A stretch of 64,000 nt of DNA from Octopus vulgaris (taxonomy: Eukaryota). This document shows positions 40,491 to 53,581 of the stretch, one piece after another. The position numbers and the translations under genes are program-made. The stretch is from NCBI GenBank assembly GCA_951406725.2, contig OX597817.1, positions 128,030,001-128,094,000 of the forward strand, read 5' to 3'. The notes below the pieces were generated by a model. That model saw only the letters and a list, made by a program, of their open reading frames with translations, ran no database searches and had not been told where the DNA came from. Every line of letters begins with the position of its first letter. The stretch's first letter is position 1.

Positions 40491-40634
40491 GCAGGAGTGG
40501 CTGTGTGGTAAAAAACTTGCTTCCTAACAACAGTTCCACTGGATGGTACCTTGGACAAGTGTCTTCTACTACAGCCTCGGGCTGAATAAGACCTTGTGAC
40601 TGGATTTGGTAGATGGAAGCTGAAAGAAGTCCGT

Positions 40635-40680
<46 letters not shown>

Positions 40681-40870
40681 TTTGTCTTTGTCTTTGTCCC
40701 CTTCACCACCGCTTGAGAGCCGGTATTTGCATGTTCACCTTCCCGTAAATCCTATAGAATAAGTATCACGCTTAAAAAAATACTAAGTACTGGAGTCGGC
40801 TAAAACTCCTTCAAGGCGGTGCTCCAGTATGGTCGCAGTCTAGTGACTGAGACAAGTAAAAGATAAAAGA
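40491..40870 (+). mobile_element. SINE family B
   Basis: gcaggagtggctgtgtggt head, ccttggacaagtgtcttc CORE-like block and aaggcggtgctccag...gactgagacaagtaaaag tail. Confidence 0.8.
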
Positions 40871-40885
40871 GACAGACGGACAGAC

Positions 40886-40957
<72 letters not shown>

Positions 40958-42165
40958 GATAGACAGATGTGGATGTAGACAAGGATGTGGATATAGACAA
41001 GCTCGGCCATATCCGTATATACAAGTATATATTCACACAATTACAGGTATGTGACACATATATATGCAAACAACGACATAATTTCTCAGTTAAAAAATAT
41101 TTACACGCAATACACTCTTTTTTTCCAGTTGACTATCATTATTTCGTGCTTCTACTTGATATCTGAGTGCAGTTACCTGTGCCTTTGGGACGCATAGTGT
41201 GTCGAATTGGTTCTGTTTGTTTTTGCTTGTATGTTTTTTTCTTTTTATTGTTTCTTTTTCATTTTCTTTTGTGATGTTCGGTTGTACTGAAAGTAATCTT
41301 CGTAATATGTGTACGAGTGCCGAGTAGTGCAATTATCTACGTGGCGTATTTCTAAGGAAGACAGCAAAGGAATAATAATTAATGATATAGCAAAGTTCAG
41401 TTTAAATTATATTTTTTTTACCATTTGCTCTTGTTGGGAGAGTAATCACGTTAAAGAGATAACAAAGTAACATGGAGGCTCTAAATGCTGCAAGAAGAGT
41501 TAAATGGCGAAGATACTTCCGTCGTTACAATATCTTTAATTCGACGCTATTGTCTTCCCTCTTTTCTGTATTGCTTGGTTTTGTTTTGAATGGTATACCT
41601 CACGCATACGCACACGCACACACACACAATATACTTACATATGATGTGTGTGTATAAACACTCAAGTTTCGTAAATGCATATATAGAGATATATCTATAT
41701 ATGTATATATGTACACAAGATTAAAGTGTGTGTAGATATATTTGTGTATGTAATCTCTACGTATGAGTACAAATTATAGGTCATACTAGTAAGAGGATGC
41801 GAAGAAGTTACATAACTGTATATCAAAAGTGAAGACTTGTATAAAACTATCTCTTTACGATAATTCAGATTAGTGGATTCGGTGGTTAGCTTACAAAATA
41901 GCAGGAAACTTCCTACTTGCAGTTTTACATTAATAACTATTATTGTTCGTTATCCCCTCTTCTTTCGTATAAGATGCTTGTTTTTACTAGAAAAATGTGT
42001 AGTTTATTAGGCTGAGATGGATACATGGTTTTAGTAGCTACAAACACAAATGATCATATTGCAGGATCATTACTGAGCTGGAAAGTCCAGATCAGTTAAT
42101 TTTGATACAATGGGCTCCCTTAATTCAGCTGAGGTAACAGATTTACTTGGATTATTCCCATTGTA

Positions 42166-43350
42166 AAGGCGGCGAGCTGGCAGAATCGTTAGCACTCCAG
42201 GCGAAATGTTTAGCGGTATTTCGTCTGCGGCTACGTTCTGAGTTCAAAATTCCGCCGAGGTCGACTTTGCCTTTCATCCTTTCGAGATCGATTAAATAAT
42301 TATCAGTTGCGCACTGGGGTCGATATAATCGATTTATTCCGTTTGTTTGTCATCGTTTGTCCTCTCTGTGTTTGGCTCCTTGTGGGTAGTAAAGAAATAG
42401 GTATTTCGTCTGCTTCTACTATCTCAGTTCAAAATTCGCCGAGGTTGACTTTGCCTCTCATCCTTTCGGGGTCGATAAATTAAGGACCAGTTACGCACTG
42501 GGGTCGATATAATCGACTCAATCCGTTTGTCTGTCCTTGTTTGTCCTCTCTGTGTTTAGCCTCTTGTGAGTAGTAAAGAAATATGTATTTCGTCTGCCGT
42601 TATATTCTGAGTTCAAATTTTGCGGAGGTCGACTTTGCCTTTCATCCTTTCGGGGTCGATTAAATAAGTACCAGTTACGCACTGGGGTCGATATAATCGA
42701 CTTAATCCGTCTGTATGTCCTTGTTTGTCTCCTGTGTGTTTAGCCCCTTGTTGGTAGTAAAGAAATATATATTTCGTCTGCCGTTATATTCTGAGTTCCG
42801 CCGAGGTCGACTTTGCCTTTCATCCTTTCGGGATCGATAAATTAAGGACCAGTTACGCATTGGGGTCGATGTAATCAACTTAATACCTTTGTCCTTGTTT
42901 AACCCTTCTATGTTTAGCCCCTTGTGGGCAATAAAGAAATAAGAATCGTTTGCACGCCGGGCGAAATGCTTGGCAGTATTTCGTCTGCCGTTACGTTCTG
43001 AGTTCAAATTTCGCCGAGGTCGACTTTGCCTTTCATCCTTTCGGGATCGATAAATTAGGGACCAGTTACGCACTGGGGTCGATGTAATCAACTTAATACC
43101 TTTGTCTGTCCCCTCTGTGTTTAGCCCCTCGTGGGCAATAAAGAAATATGAATCGTTAGCATGCCGGGCAAAATGCTTAGTGGCAATTCGTCCGTCTTTA
43201 CGTTCTGAGATCAAATTCCGTCGAGGTCGACTTTGCTTTTCAACCTTTCGGTGTACATAAATGTCGTACCAGTTAAGTACTGGATTCGATGTAATCAACT
43301 TCATCCTTCCACAAAAATTTCTGGCATTGTGCCTACACTAAAAATGATTA
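42166..43350 (+). mobile_element. Head-to-tail array of six SINE family A units
   Basis: Units start at about 42166, 42401, 42585, 42770, 42942 and 43150. Only the first has the complete head and only the last has the alternative tail. Confidence 0.9.
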
Positions 43351-43750
43351 TTTGTATTATACGAATTAGCTTTAAGAAAAGAATTTCGAGTCATAGGCGG
43401 AACACTATAGCGTTATGACTTTGTTTTACAACTCCTAATTACTATTTCCCTGAACGGTTTAGATGATGTCTCATTATAATCCCTATCGCATTTTAATAAG
43501 ACTACAATAATTCTAAATTTTCTTGATGTTACTTTATATTTAATCTTTAGCCTATATTATCCATTTCTTAAATCTAGTTAAATACTATAGCATATAAATA
43601 AAATGCCTATCTTAAATTCATCTAATAAATGCGAAAACTAATTTCTGCGTGTCACACTTTGAATTCCTCTCTCACTCTTCAATGACACTTCTACTGTTGA
43701 TGATGTTTATTACAAGTAGTACTGTTGGTGGTGGCAGTGGAAGTGACTAT

Positions 43751-43796
<46 letters not shown>

Positions 43797-44110
43797 ATGT
43801 GAGAGAAAGAGGTACTGAACACTAAATTCATTTTCTTAGTAATACCACCAACGCCACCACATGTGTCATAAACGCACCATTCAGACTTCTGACGCCACCA
43901 CAATCAATATCTTTGACGTCGCCGTCTCCACCATCACCACTGTCTTTCACATCGCTTACTCTCACCGTCATTCCTGACCGCCTCGGCTACCACCACTATC
44001 ATCACCGCCGCACCCGCCTCTATCACAACTATAGCTCATACTATTACTATCACCCTATTACAAAAAGAATGAACGGTGTGGGTATGGTAGATATGGTGGC
44101 GATGGTGATG

Positions 44111-44216
44111 GTACTAGCTACGGCGGTACATATTCTAAAATTGGAACGATGCAGAGAAGATTAGAATGGCCCCTGCGCAAGGATGACACGCAAATTCGTG
44201 AAGCGTTCCATATATT
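44111..44216 (+). pseudogene. U6: U6 snRNA pseudogene (full length)
   Basis: gtactagctacggcggtacatattctaaaattggaacgatgcagagaagattagaatggcccctgcgcaaggatgacacgcaaattcgtgaagcgttccatatatt is a near-exact U6. The ACAGAGA box reads GCAGAGA, the AGC triad reads AGA, and there is no T-run terminator or upstream TATA. Confidence 0.92.
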
Positions 44217-44225
44217 AAAAAAACA

Positions 44226-44279
44226 ATACCGCTAAGCATATCGCCCGGCCTGCTAACGCTTCTGCCAGCTCGCCGCCTT
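44226..44279 (-). mobile_element. SINE family A head fragment abutting the U6 copy
   Basis: Reverse complement is aaggcggcgagctggcagaagcgttagcaggccgggcgatatgcttagcggtatt. Confidence 0.85.
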
Positions 44280-45079
44280 CAATATTACAAATAATACTAA
44301 GTATAAACGTAAAGTAAGAAATTTTCCAGCTGCTCATACTAATAACAAAATTAATAATAGTAGACATGACAGATACTCTGTTGTTAATTACAGAAGATTC
44401 AGTTACTTCACCGAATCTAGTCGAGTTGGTAGCAAGATAACTAAACACCCTTCGGCGCAGAACCGATGATTGCACTTATGTTACTTCCAAAAATCATATT
44501 CTAGTAATACATGATGATAGAAAATATACGAATAGAAATATCACATGGTATAATCTTCCATTCTCTGTTCAGGAAAAGACGCGTGCAAAACTTTTCTTGA
44601 AATTTCTCACCACCATTTCAACTAATAATCCTAAACTACTATTCCATCGTTGTTGATAAAATATCGGCATCTGTTCATTGTTAACTAAAGAATGATATAA
44701 GTAATGTTTTGCTAGTTCTGTATCAAACTCAGATTTTTTCATATACGAGAATTTTAGCTAAGCTACTTAACCAAACATGAATACGTTTTTATTAATGGAA
44801 GCGTTGAATAATGAAATAACCATTCAGTCTCAGTTTATAATAATATTAACAACGTCTATCATCGTAAAAAACCAAATGATAGTTTTCTGAATGGCACCAA
44901 ACATATACAAGTCTGGAAAGTAAACAGTGCTTCAATGATAATCCAATAAGGATAAGTCGTTATTGGATTGTTTATTATTAAACAAGTTGTTGATGACTAC
45001 CTTGTCAAAAGTAACAGCGTAATAATGTAATATATAAATGTTCAGTACGAACTCATAATTATATATATATATATATACA

Positions 45080-45280
45080 CCGGTTTCAAAATTTCGTGGG
45101 TGGGGATAAGTCGACTTTATCGGCCCCCGTGCTCAACTGATACTTATCTCACCAACCCCGAAAGGATGACAGACGAAGTTGACCTCAACGGAATTTGAAC
45201 GAAATGCCACTAAAGATAGTCGAAATGCCGCTAAGCATTTTTTTCTGAAGTGCTTACAATTCTGCCATCTCGCTGCTTTG
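45080..45280 (-). mobile_element. Degenerate SINE family A copy
   Basis: Contains ccccgaaaggatga...gacctcaacggaatttgaac...ccgctaagcatt. Confidence 0.65.
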
Positions 45281-48200
45281 ATTTATGCATATATTAAATA
45301 GGCTCCACCGCATTTTAAAGATTTTAAAGCGCCGTCAGTCACTCACTAATGAAAATTTTTACCTTAATAACTGAAACTCCTTTGCTGAGAATATGCTCAG
45401 TCTAAAATCCAAAGGGAATAACTTACTACTGAAAATGGCCTACCTTAAATTCTACTAAAATGTCCACCGGAACAGGAAGAATTACCTTCTTTGTACATGG
45501 TAAGCACGAAAGTCACACAGGAGAGCTAGGGAGAAGGGGAGATAATACAGTAGTAGTGCTCCCAAAACGATGGTGCGCGTGCGTGTGTATAAGAGACTTT
45601 GTATGTGCATGTGGAAGAGGGTTGGTCATCTTGATGTGTGCGTGTGTGTATGTGTAGGTGTGAAAATGTAGGTCTGGGAATGGGTCAGTGCGGGTGTGTA
45701 CGTGGTGGTGTGTTGTGATGTGATGTGTGGTATGGTGGTGTATGGTGTAGTGGTGTGTGGTTTGGTGCGATGATGTTGAGAGGTGGGGAGGCGAGAGTGG
45801 GGAAATCAAAGGTGGGGTGTGGGTTAGGCGGAGGGTGGGGGTAGAGTTGGGGCATGTGGAGTGGAATGGGGAAGAATAGAGAAGGTGGGGTGGAATGTGT
45901 AGGGGTAGGTAGGCTTACGAGGGAGGGGTGAGGATGAAGGGGGAAGGAGAAGGTGGGTAGGAGTGAAGAGAAGCAGGAGTCGGTCAAGAGAGGCCAGGTG
46001 GGTGGGTGGAAGTAGGTGTGAGGGGGAGAGAGGCAAGAGGAGTTAGATGAATAGGGGAGGAGAGTTGAGCCCATGTGGTGCATAGGAGCGAAGAGAGAAG
46101 ATTAATCCCTTCTTATATATGTACACATAGGCTGTGTTTTCCATAATGGAGGCGAACACTTTTCTCCATGTGATCGGCATGAAGATTTGTTAAGACACTG
46201 GCAGCCTTATTTCACAAATAAAAAAATTATATCCACTACTGCGGTGTTGAGCACGAAAGTGGACATGTTTCATTTGTTAATAGGAATTAAAAAGATTTAT
46301 ATGTTAGATAGACATGTAAGGAAGTCTTTATTAGAGATTTATCAATCAGAAAGTTTTTATTTTATATTATCAGAAAGATTTTTTATTATAAAAAGTTGTA
46401 TTATAAATTCATCTATAATGGATAAATTATTTATTTATTAGAAATCCGCCAGACAGAAGGCGGTGAGGTGGCAGAAACGTTAGCCCGCCGGGCGAAATAC
46501 TGCCTGGAGTAGAAAAGAAATTCGGAAGAGAGAAAGTTACATGTATTTATATAAAGGACTTTTATTATAAAAAGTTTTATAAATAAATCTTTCTCTGTCT
46601 GACGAATTTCTAATTGGAAGTTACTTACATGCATATATATGTAAATCGTTGTAATTCTTATTAGTAAATGAAATGCGTGTAATGGAGAATAAATAATACC
46701 AAAACATACCCACTTTCCTACTTTGTTATACGATATCTTGGTAATTAATATTTCCGAAATTCTCAATTTTAGCATGTATTTTCACTAACATGCGCTAGCA
46801 ACCGTGGATATATATGAATTGTACATGGATTGTAGTAATGGAATAAGCAGATATGCTTCAAGAGGAAACACCTAAAATTTATCCTAACTACCACTTTAAT
46901 ATAATATTTATAGATATATATGAGTGTGTGTGTCTATTTATTTATTTATTTCTCTCTGGAGAAGATTCGTTGCTCGTTGTACTGACAGCCCTGGAGGATC
47001 TAATAGAACGAGTGAGGGAGAGAGAAAGAGAGAGAGAGAGGAATTTGTTTTTATTTTCATATACATACCAATATACATTTTGCTCGATCGCGTCTCCGGT
47101 TGGCTCTATTTGACATTGTTTGCATCTTGCATTCTACTCAAGTAGGTTTGATAGAATCGACCACATCTTAAAAATTTCGTGTCCCGATATGACCACAGTG
47201 CAGTGATAAAAGCTAGAAAGAGGATGATAAATAACTAGTAGAAACCAAAGAATATTTCACCGCGGTTAGTTTGTGCATTATGAAAAACATGATTTTATTT
47301 CAAACTGTATTTTTCCTGAGGTGTTTGACTCTGGAAATATCATGTTCCGCATACGTAGTATTACGAAAGCAGTCTTATGGGAGAACATATTTGAAAACAA
47401 TATTGTTTGTTATATATTTCTCATTTTGTCTACCATAAGAATTGTCTGTAATTTTTATCGCCACATTAAACTTAAAAATAGAATGATATAAAAGGCGTAA
47501 TCCGTCTGTAATATACTTCTACATCAAGATGACGTATGTAATGCTCTAACAGTTCTTAATACGCTGTACTACACCCGTGTTTTCACATTGTAAATGTGCA
47601 TATAACTAGATTTGATCTCATAACCCAAGTGAACAGAGTAAATTAACTGCATCTCATAGTTATGTATCCTTAGAATAGATCAGCACACACACACACACAC
47701 AGATATGTTTGTATGTATATATACATATATATGCATACATACACACACGCACACAAACACATATACTTCACTTACAGTATCTATTTATCAGTCTTACATG
47801 TAATATAAAATTTAGTAGTCTAAGATAGATTACGCTTTCGATTTTATTCATTCAATAGTCAGAGCGTTACATATGGAGTCCGTAGTACAAAAAATATTAT
47901 AGATAAGAGTAATAGTAGAAAAAAGAAACGATAAACATGATGAAGACAAGGGTGATATGCCAGCAACTACAGTGGCAACGGCGACTGTGGTGACTCCGTC
48001 GGCAAAGTAGTAAAGATAACAGTAATAATGAAAATGAAATCAACAGCAAACATATGTAAAACCCATTGGAGCACAGATACAATTGGTCTCAGAAGTAGAT
48101 AGAAAACAGTCAAACATGAACAGACAAAAAAAATATTACTTCCAAAACAAGTGTGACGATATGGCGATAAACGAAAATTGCGTTATAATGTCTCTATCAC

Positions 48201-48897
48201 ATAAGACAACTTGAAAGCCTGCTGGCTGTTATCATATTTTGGCTGAAGCAGAAGATCACATAATTGGCATTATTCAAATTGTAGATATTTTATAATTACA
48301 GAGGTCTCTCGGCTGAACTGAGGAACGTCTGTTCTGCTCTGCAAGATACGGCGGCAAAATCTCCCTCAACAAGACCCTGAGTTTAACGCTCAGCTGATTT
48401 TTTACCATCTACCTCCTTCTCTTGGGAACACAAACGATGTTTAGCAAGGACACAAGAGAGGATGCGGTTCTGTTTCAAACCTAATAAAGCCTGCAATTAG
48501 TTACTTATACTGTTAAAAGTAGCATCTAAATCGCCTTTAAATGACATGCGACTGTCTTCAAAAGAGCGGGTCACGTTCCTTAATGTAAACCTAGATACGC
48601 AGCTGCCGAGAAAAAGACAGTGTGCTCCTTGTTGGAATATTTTGGCTGTAGGGAAAATACGCAGTCAGTTGAACCAATTCTTACACTATTTTCTGTCCAT
48701 ACAACTGTCGACTAACGGGTCACGCTACGAAAAAGTTAAAAGATAAATGTTTCCGGTAAGTTTTGAAATCAGAGCGTGAAGAGAAATGATCAAAAGATTT
48801 CGTTTACAGCATTCTCTTATCTCTGCTACTCCAAAAGAGGCTTGTGCAACCGCTTCCCTCAACAATATATGCATGCATATACATACATACACACACA

Positions 48898-48928
<31 letters not shown>

Positions 48929-49040
48929 CACATTTATGTGTGTATATATACATATGTGTGCGTGTATGTGTTCATATATACACATATAAATATATATATA
49001 TGAATATGATATATACATATATGTATATATGCATAGATAT

Positions 49041-50405
49041 GTTTCTTTATTAGCCACACAGGGCTGCACACAGACAGGACAAAATTACAAGGTAGAACTT
49101 TTCTTTTGGGGGTAAAAGAAGGGGGTTTGGTTTTCGATCAAAAGGGATCGTAAAGGGAAAGAAAGAGGACAAAAAAGGGGGGGATAAAATAGAATTAAAT
49201 TTATTTTTTTTAAAGAGGTGGGGAAATTTGATCAATAGGGATCGTTATCACAGAAATGTCAATATGAAGTGTAAAGGGGAGGACAGGTGAGGTTTACCCG
49301 TGGAAAGAAAAGCCTACAGAAAAGACCACGGTAACCTCGGTCAATGAAGTCACATGTTATATTTCTTTTTTTTTTCGTTTTTTTATTTTGCAAATAAGCA
49401 ACTCTCTGTATTAATTTTTACGGTTCATAGAATCATAGTCAAGGTGGCTTCGTCATTCATTCGTGCCATCCTTGCTACATTCACCCATCTTTTTTTAAAA
49501 CATTCACTAGACAAAACTTGCCTCTCTACTCTCACTTTCCTCTTCAAGTGATGCTTCTTCAAGTGATACTTGAAGAAGTTGGTGAGAGATTGACCAGAGA
49601 GGAAAGTGTTTGTCTCTAATCGTTTCAGGCGCGTCCACCAGATACATTCTTTCGCCATAGCCACAAGTATGATAAAAATAGCTCTTCCTTCCCGTTTGAA
49701 GGAAGGAGGCGTGACGATATTAACGATAGACTCGGCTGATAAACCGACACGTCCTACACGTGACAGCAGTCGTTCGACATAAGCCCACAGGTCGGAGATT
49801 GTTGGACACTGCACGATTGCGTGCAGAGCGGTTTCGTCGCTCTGCCCGCATCTCGGGCAGGTCGGCCCCGTGTTTCTCGAGCCATGCCTATAGAGCTTAT
49901 CCCGAACGGGTAGCGCTTCTCGGTAGCACCGCCAGGCCAGGGATCTCTGGAAGTTGTCCATAGGTCCCGGCCCGAAAGTCGTTTCAAACAGGCGGGTCAG
50001 GTATTCCTCGTCGACGCCCAGGTTTGCCCCATGATCGTCGTCGTACCTCCCCTCCACTAATCCCCTATAGAATGCTTTGGTCGTGTTGAAGTCACTCAAG
50101 GTCGACCCGGGACGGTAGAGTTGCTTGAGAGCAACGCGACACTCGCGGTGCCATTCACCCTTCCTCGGCCTCTTTTTGATCCACGACTGCAGTTCGGTCA
50201 TGGAGACGAGCTGCGGGAACGCGTGCCTCACAAACGGCGACCACACCTGTTCACCGTCGTCTACATAGAGCCGGAGATGTCGCAGTCTCAGCGCGTGTCT
50301 GCGCATCATCAACAATGGCATACCCATTTTAACGGGTGTTGACAGCAAATGGATCGCCTGACCATCGGGACGCATCCTTTCCACAAGAAGTGGAAGAGAA
50401 ATGCT
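49041..50405 (-). mobile_element. 5'-truncated Tx1/L1-group LINE: ORF2 C-terminus plus 3' UTR
   Basis: The frame is open from about 50405 to 49425, with LPVRDKLYRHG and the zinc knuckle CPRCGQSDETALHAIVQC. The 3' UTR ends gtggctaataaagaaac, and both flanks are microsatellite. Confidence 0.85.
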
Positions 50406-50631
50406 TAGATAGAAAGATAGATAGATATAGATATAGGGATATAAATGCACATCTATATATATATGTATGTATGTATATGTATATATATATATATATACAT
50501 ACATGCATATACACACACATGTATATACATGATTGTGTAGCTATACATACAGACGTATATGTGTGTGTATGTGTCTGTCTGTGTCTGTGTGTCTGTGTGT
50601 TTGTGTGTAATGTAAATGTATATAATCATAC

Positions 50632-50676
<45 letters not shown>

Positions 50677-51007
50677 CATATGTATGTATGCATATATTCC
50701 TTTGTTAAAATGAAATGACAAGACATTTATTAGTGGACATACAACATACGGCAAGATATTCGCTGTAATGAAATTCTATGAACAACAAAAGCAATTCTAT
50801 TATATTTATTAGAAGTTTATAAGGTTATGCTTCATGCGTTTATATGATCTCAATCTCAATTAATGCGTGAGTTTTAAATCTTTCAATATGAAGAAAGATT
50901 CCGACCAATAGTCCAGTTCAGAAGAGTTTCATTGCTAAATCATTAACTATGAAACCAAATATAAGCTACTTATCACACAATTTTTATATATATATATACA
51001 CACTTAC

Positions 51008-51103
<96 letters not shown>

Positions 51104-51149
51104 TATGTGTGTATGTATATATGTATACATACATATGCATGTATGTATG

Positions 51150-51205
<56 letters not shown>

Positions 51206-52361
51206 AGCATACATACATATTGTTACAAACTTTCTGTTCGCATTCATTGCTAAAGCAAGCATTTCTTTTGTCTATTCATCACTAAAATCTAAGATTTAAA
51301 ACGAATCAATCGATAGACATCAATTTTCGTTGGTTCTGCATTGGTTACTTTTGTTATCTTATGGACAGATTCCTTTGTGCAGAGATGAAACTAGGCCAGA
51401 CATTTCACATCCCAAAATGAAATTTATTCTGCCTATGTATTCTTTATTCTTTTATTGGTTTCAGCCAACGGACTTTTGCCAGGTTGATGCACCGTTTTCA
51501 ATGGCTGAAGTCGATCATTCCATTTTCAGTACTTATTTCAGTCTGGTACTTCCTTTATCGAACACTTTTGTTGTACTGCTAAGTTCCGAGATATAAAGGG
51601 ACTCTTGTTTTATAAATCAATATAAAATGTAATATAAATACACAAACACATATCTATCCTCATAAAAGCACACTTATATAAATAGGTAGACAGTCAGACT
51701 GACAGACAAACCAACAGACAAACAGACAGGTAGTTAGATATTAAATTTTACAATGAAAACCTTTAGGGCATCTTCGAAGTTTCGACTTCTCTTTTATTGC
51801 TTCATTCTGGCTTCTCTAAACTTTGACAGTTGTTGTTTTTTTCTTTTTTCAAGTTGAGTAATTTATATAATAATTATAATTAAGTTGGTATATATTGACA
51901 TGGGAAATAATTGTGTAAGAACGGAGAAATAATGGAGCATATGAGGAAAGTATGTGTTTGTAGGGTGTGAGGTGATAGAAAGTTATGGTAAAGGGATGTG
52001 TGTTTACTTTGATATTAAATTTTTATTTTTTAAGCTTCAGTCAGGCGTGTATGTATAGGAGTAGACAGATGTGTCATACTCAGTTCATGATATTTTTTAA
52101 AATATGAACTTGGATATCCTTATATTTATGGTTCACAAATTAATGCTCATAAATTATGCATGAAAACACTTCAAAATGTTCGGCTAAATCTATTTATCAT
52201 AACTTACTTAATCTATGTTTACTTTTCATATTACTGTTGATTTCATGACAGACAAAACTCCCCTATACAAAGCCGAAAAAGAAAAATGTATACACAAATA
52301 CGAGCTTCAAAAAGTTTTGTATAATTAGGAATCTTGTCTCTAGTATTAGCATAAGTTATCG

Positions 52362-52620
52362 TTGATGAGAAATGTCTACAGTGGGCCCCTCCATCACAGT
52401 GAAGTACGGCATGTTGAAAGAAGTTTTCTGCCCCCAAATAGAAAGCACTTGCCTAACATCCACAAGTATTACAATATTTTAAAGCTCATAACAGTTAGCT
52501 GCTCCTGGTTAAACATCATTGCATCCAACATCGCTCACATCATCAAAATACAGATCCACAAACTCACACCGAAATATTCCACTGCCAAAATTCCACTAAT
52601 TCTCCCTTGGATGGATTTGG
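52362..52620 (+). pseudogene. Penelope-like element linker-region remnant
   Basis: RNVYSGP..EVRHVERSFL...KHLPNIHKYYNIL..TVSCSWLNIIASNI resembles the PLE pattern RNIIWFNPP..V.TN.G..FL....KHFP..HK..IFN..TVK.SYSC..NI.SII. Confidence 0.5.
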
Positions 52621-52789
52621 CTTTTGAATAATCCCTAGAATAATCCCTAGAATAGTCTCTAGAATAACCTATATCCTACTTGGTGGTATTCTGAGAAACT
52701 CTACAAACCTAAGATCTAGTAACTTCACGGAAATATTTATATAGCACGTGTATTCCTTCGAGTGCAAAGACAAGGAAACTGCTACTTTT

Positions 52790-53015
52790 CTGAGTCGCCC
52801 ATGTATATCTGCACCACTGATATTGCTCAAGGGAAAGGCAAAGGCCGATAGAGCTAGGCACCAGTGATGCCACGACTCCTTTCAACAGCTGAGTGCGCTA
52901 GAGAAACGTGAAGTGTCTTGCTCAAGAATACAACACACAGTCCGGTCCGTGAGTCGAACTTACAACCTCACGATTGAAAGCTCGACACTATAACCACTGA
53001 GCCAAGCACCTTCAC
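52790..53015 (-). mobile_element. tRNA/CORE-type SINE (family D)
   Basis: A box tggctcagtgg, B box gttcgactc, then ttcttgagcaagacactt. Confidence 0.75.
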
Positions 53016-53029
53016 ACACACACACAAAT

Positions 53030-53272
53030 ATTTATACATACAGAGAGAGGGAGAGAAAGAAAGAGTGAGGTGTATATGAATATATATATATATATAATAA
53101 TAAATATTAGGGAATAAATCCAAATTTACAGGGAAAAATCAGATTTAGGACTGAATCCAATTTTATAGTAAAATATTATATAATATTAATTAGAGACAAA
53201 ACCACTATTATGCAAATCAAACAAAGAAAGACTTTCTTTGTTTGATTTGCATAATAGTGGTTTTGTCTCTAA

Positions 53273-53353
<81 letters not shown>

Positions 53354-53403
53354 TATACACCTCACTCTTTCTTTCTCTCCATCTCTCTGTATGTATATAA
53401 ATA
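53030..53403. repeat. Nested palindrome centred at 53231
   Basis: Perfect 54-bp arms (53177-53230 and 53232-53285) with a 1-nt spacer, plus outer arms of about 60 bp (53030-53096 and 53343-53403). Confidence 0.95.
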
Positions 53404-53405
53404 AA

Positions 53406-53581
53406 GGTTTTTAGAGTTTAACATTTAAAAGTTTCTATAGCAAATTGTTTTGTACATTTTTTATTCCATACAATCTTATTACCGTAAACTGTATGAAAAC
53501 ACATACTTTTGAGAATGCCAAGAGCCCATGTTGGTCAGTATCTTTAAAATATTCAGTTGATTGCAACGCTCCCTGTAATTT
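53406..53581 (+). repeat. 175-bp segment duplicated at 58114-58289
   Basis: ggttttagagtttaacatt...cgctccctgtaattt is present twice with few differences. Confidence 0.9.

Noticed and set aside
42702-43304. 200-aa minus-strand ORF with internal repeats; array superficially CRISPR-like
   Set aside because: It is the antisense of the SINE A tandem array. There are no unique spacers and no cas genes, and the context is eukaryotic.
44111-44216. Functional U6 gene
   Set aside because: The ACAGAGA and AGC motifs are mutated, and there is no oligo-T terminator or upstream TATA/PSE context.
50406-50516. N-terminus of the 363-aa ORF
   Set aside because: It derives from flanking microsatellite. The ORF is a truncated LINE ORF2, not a host gene.
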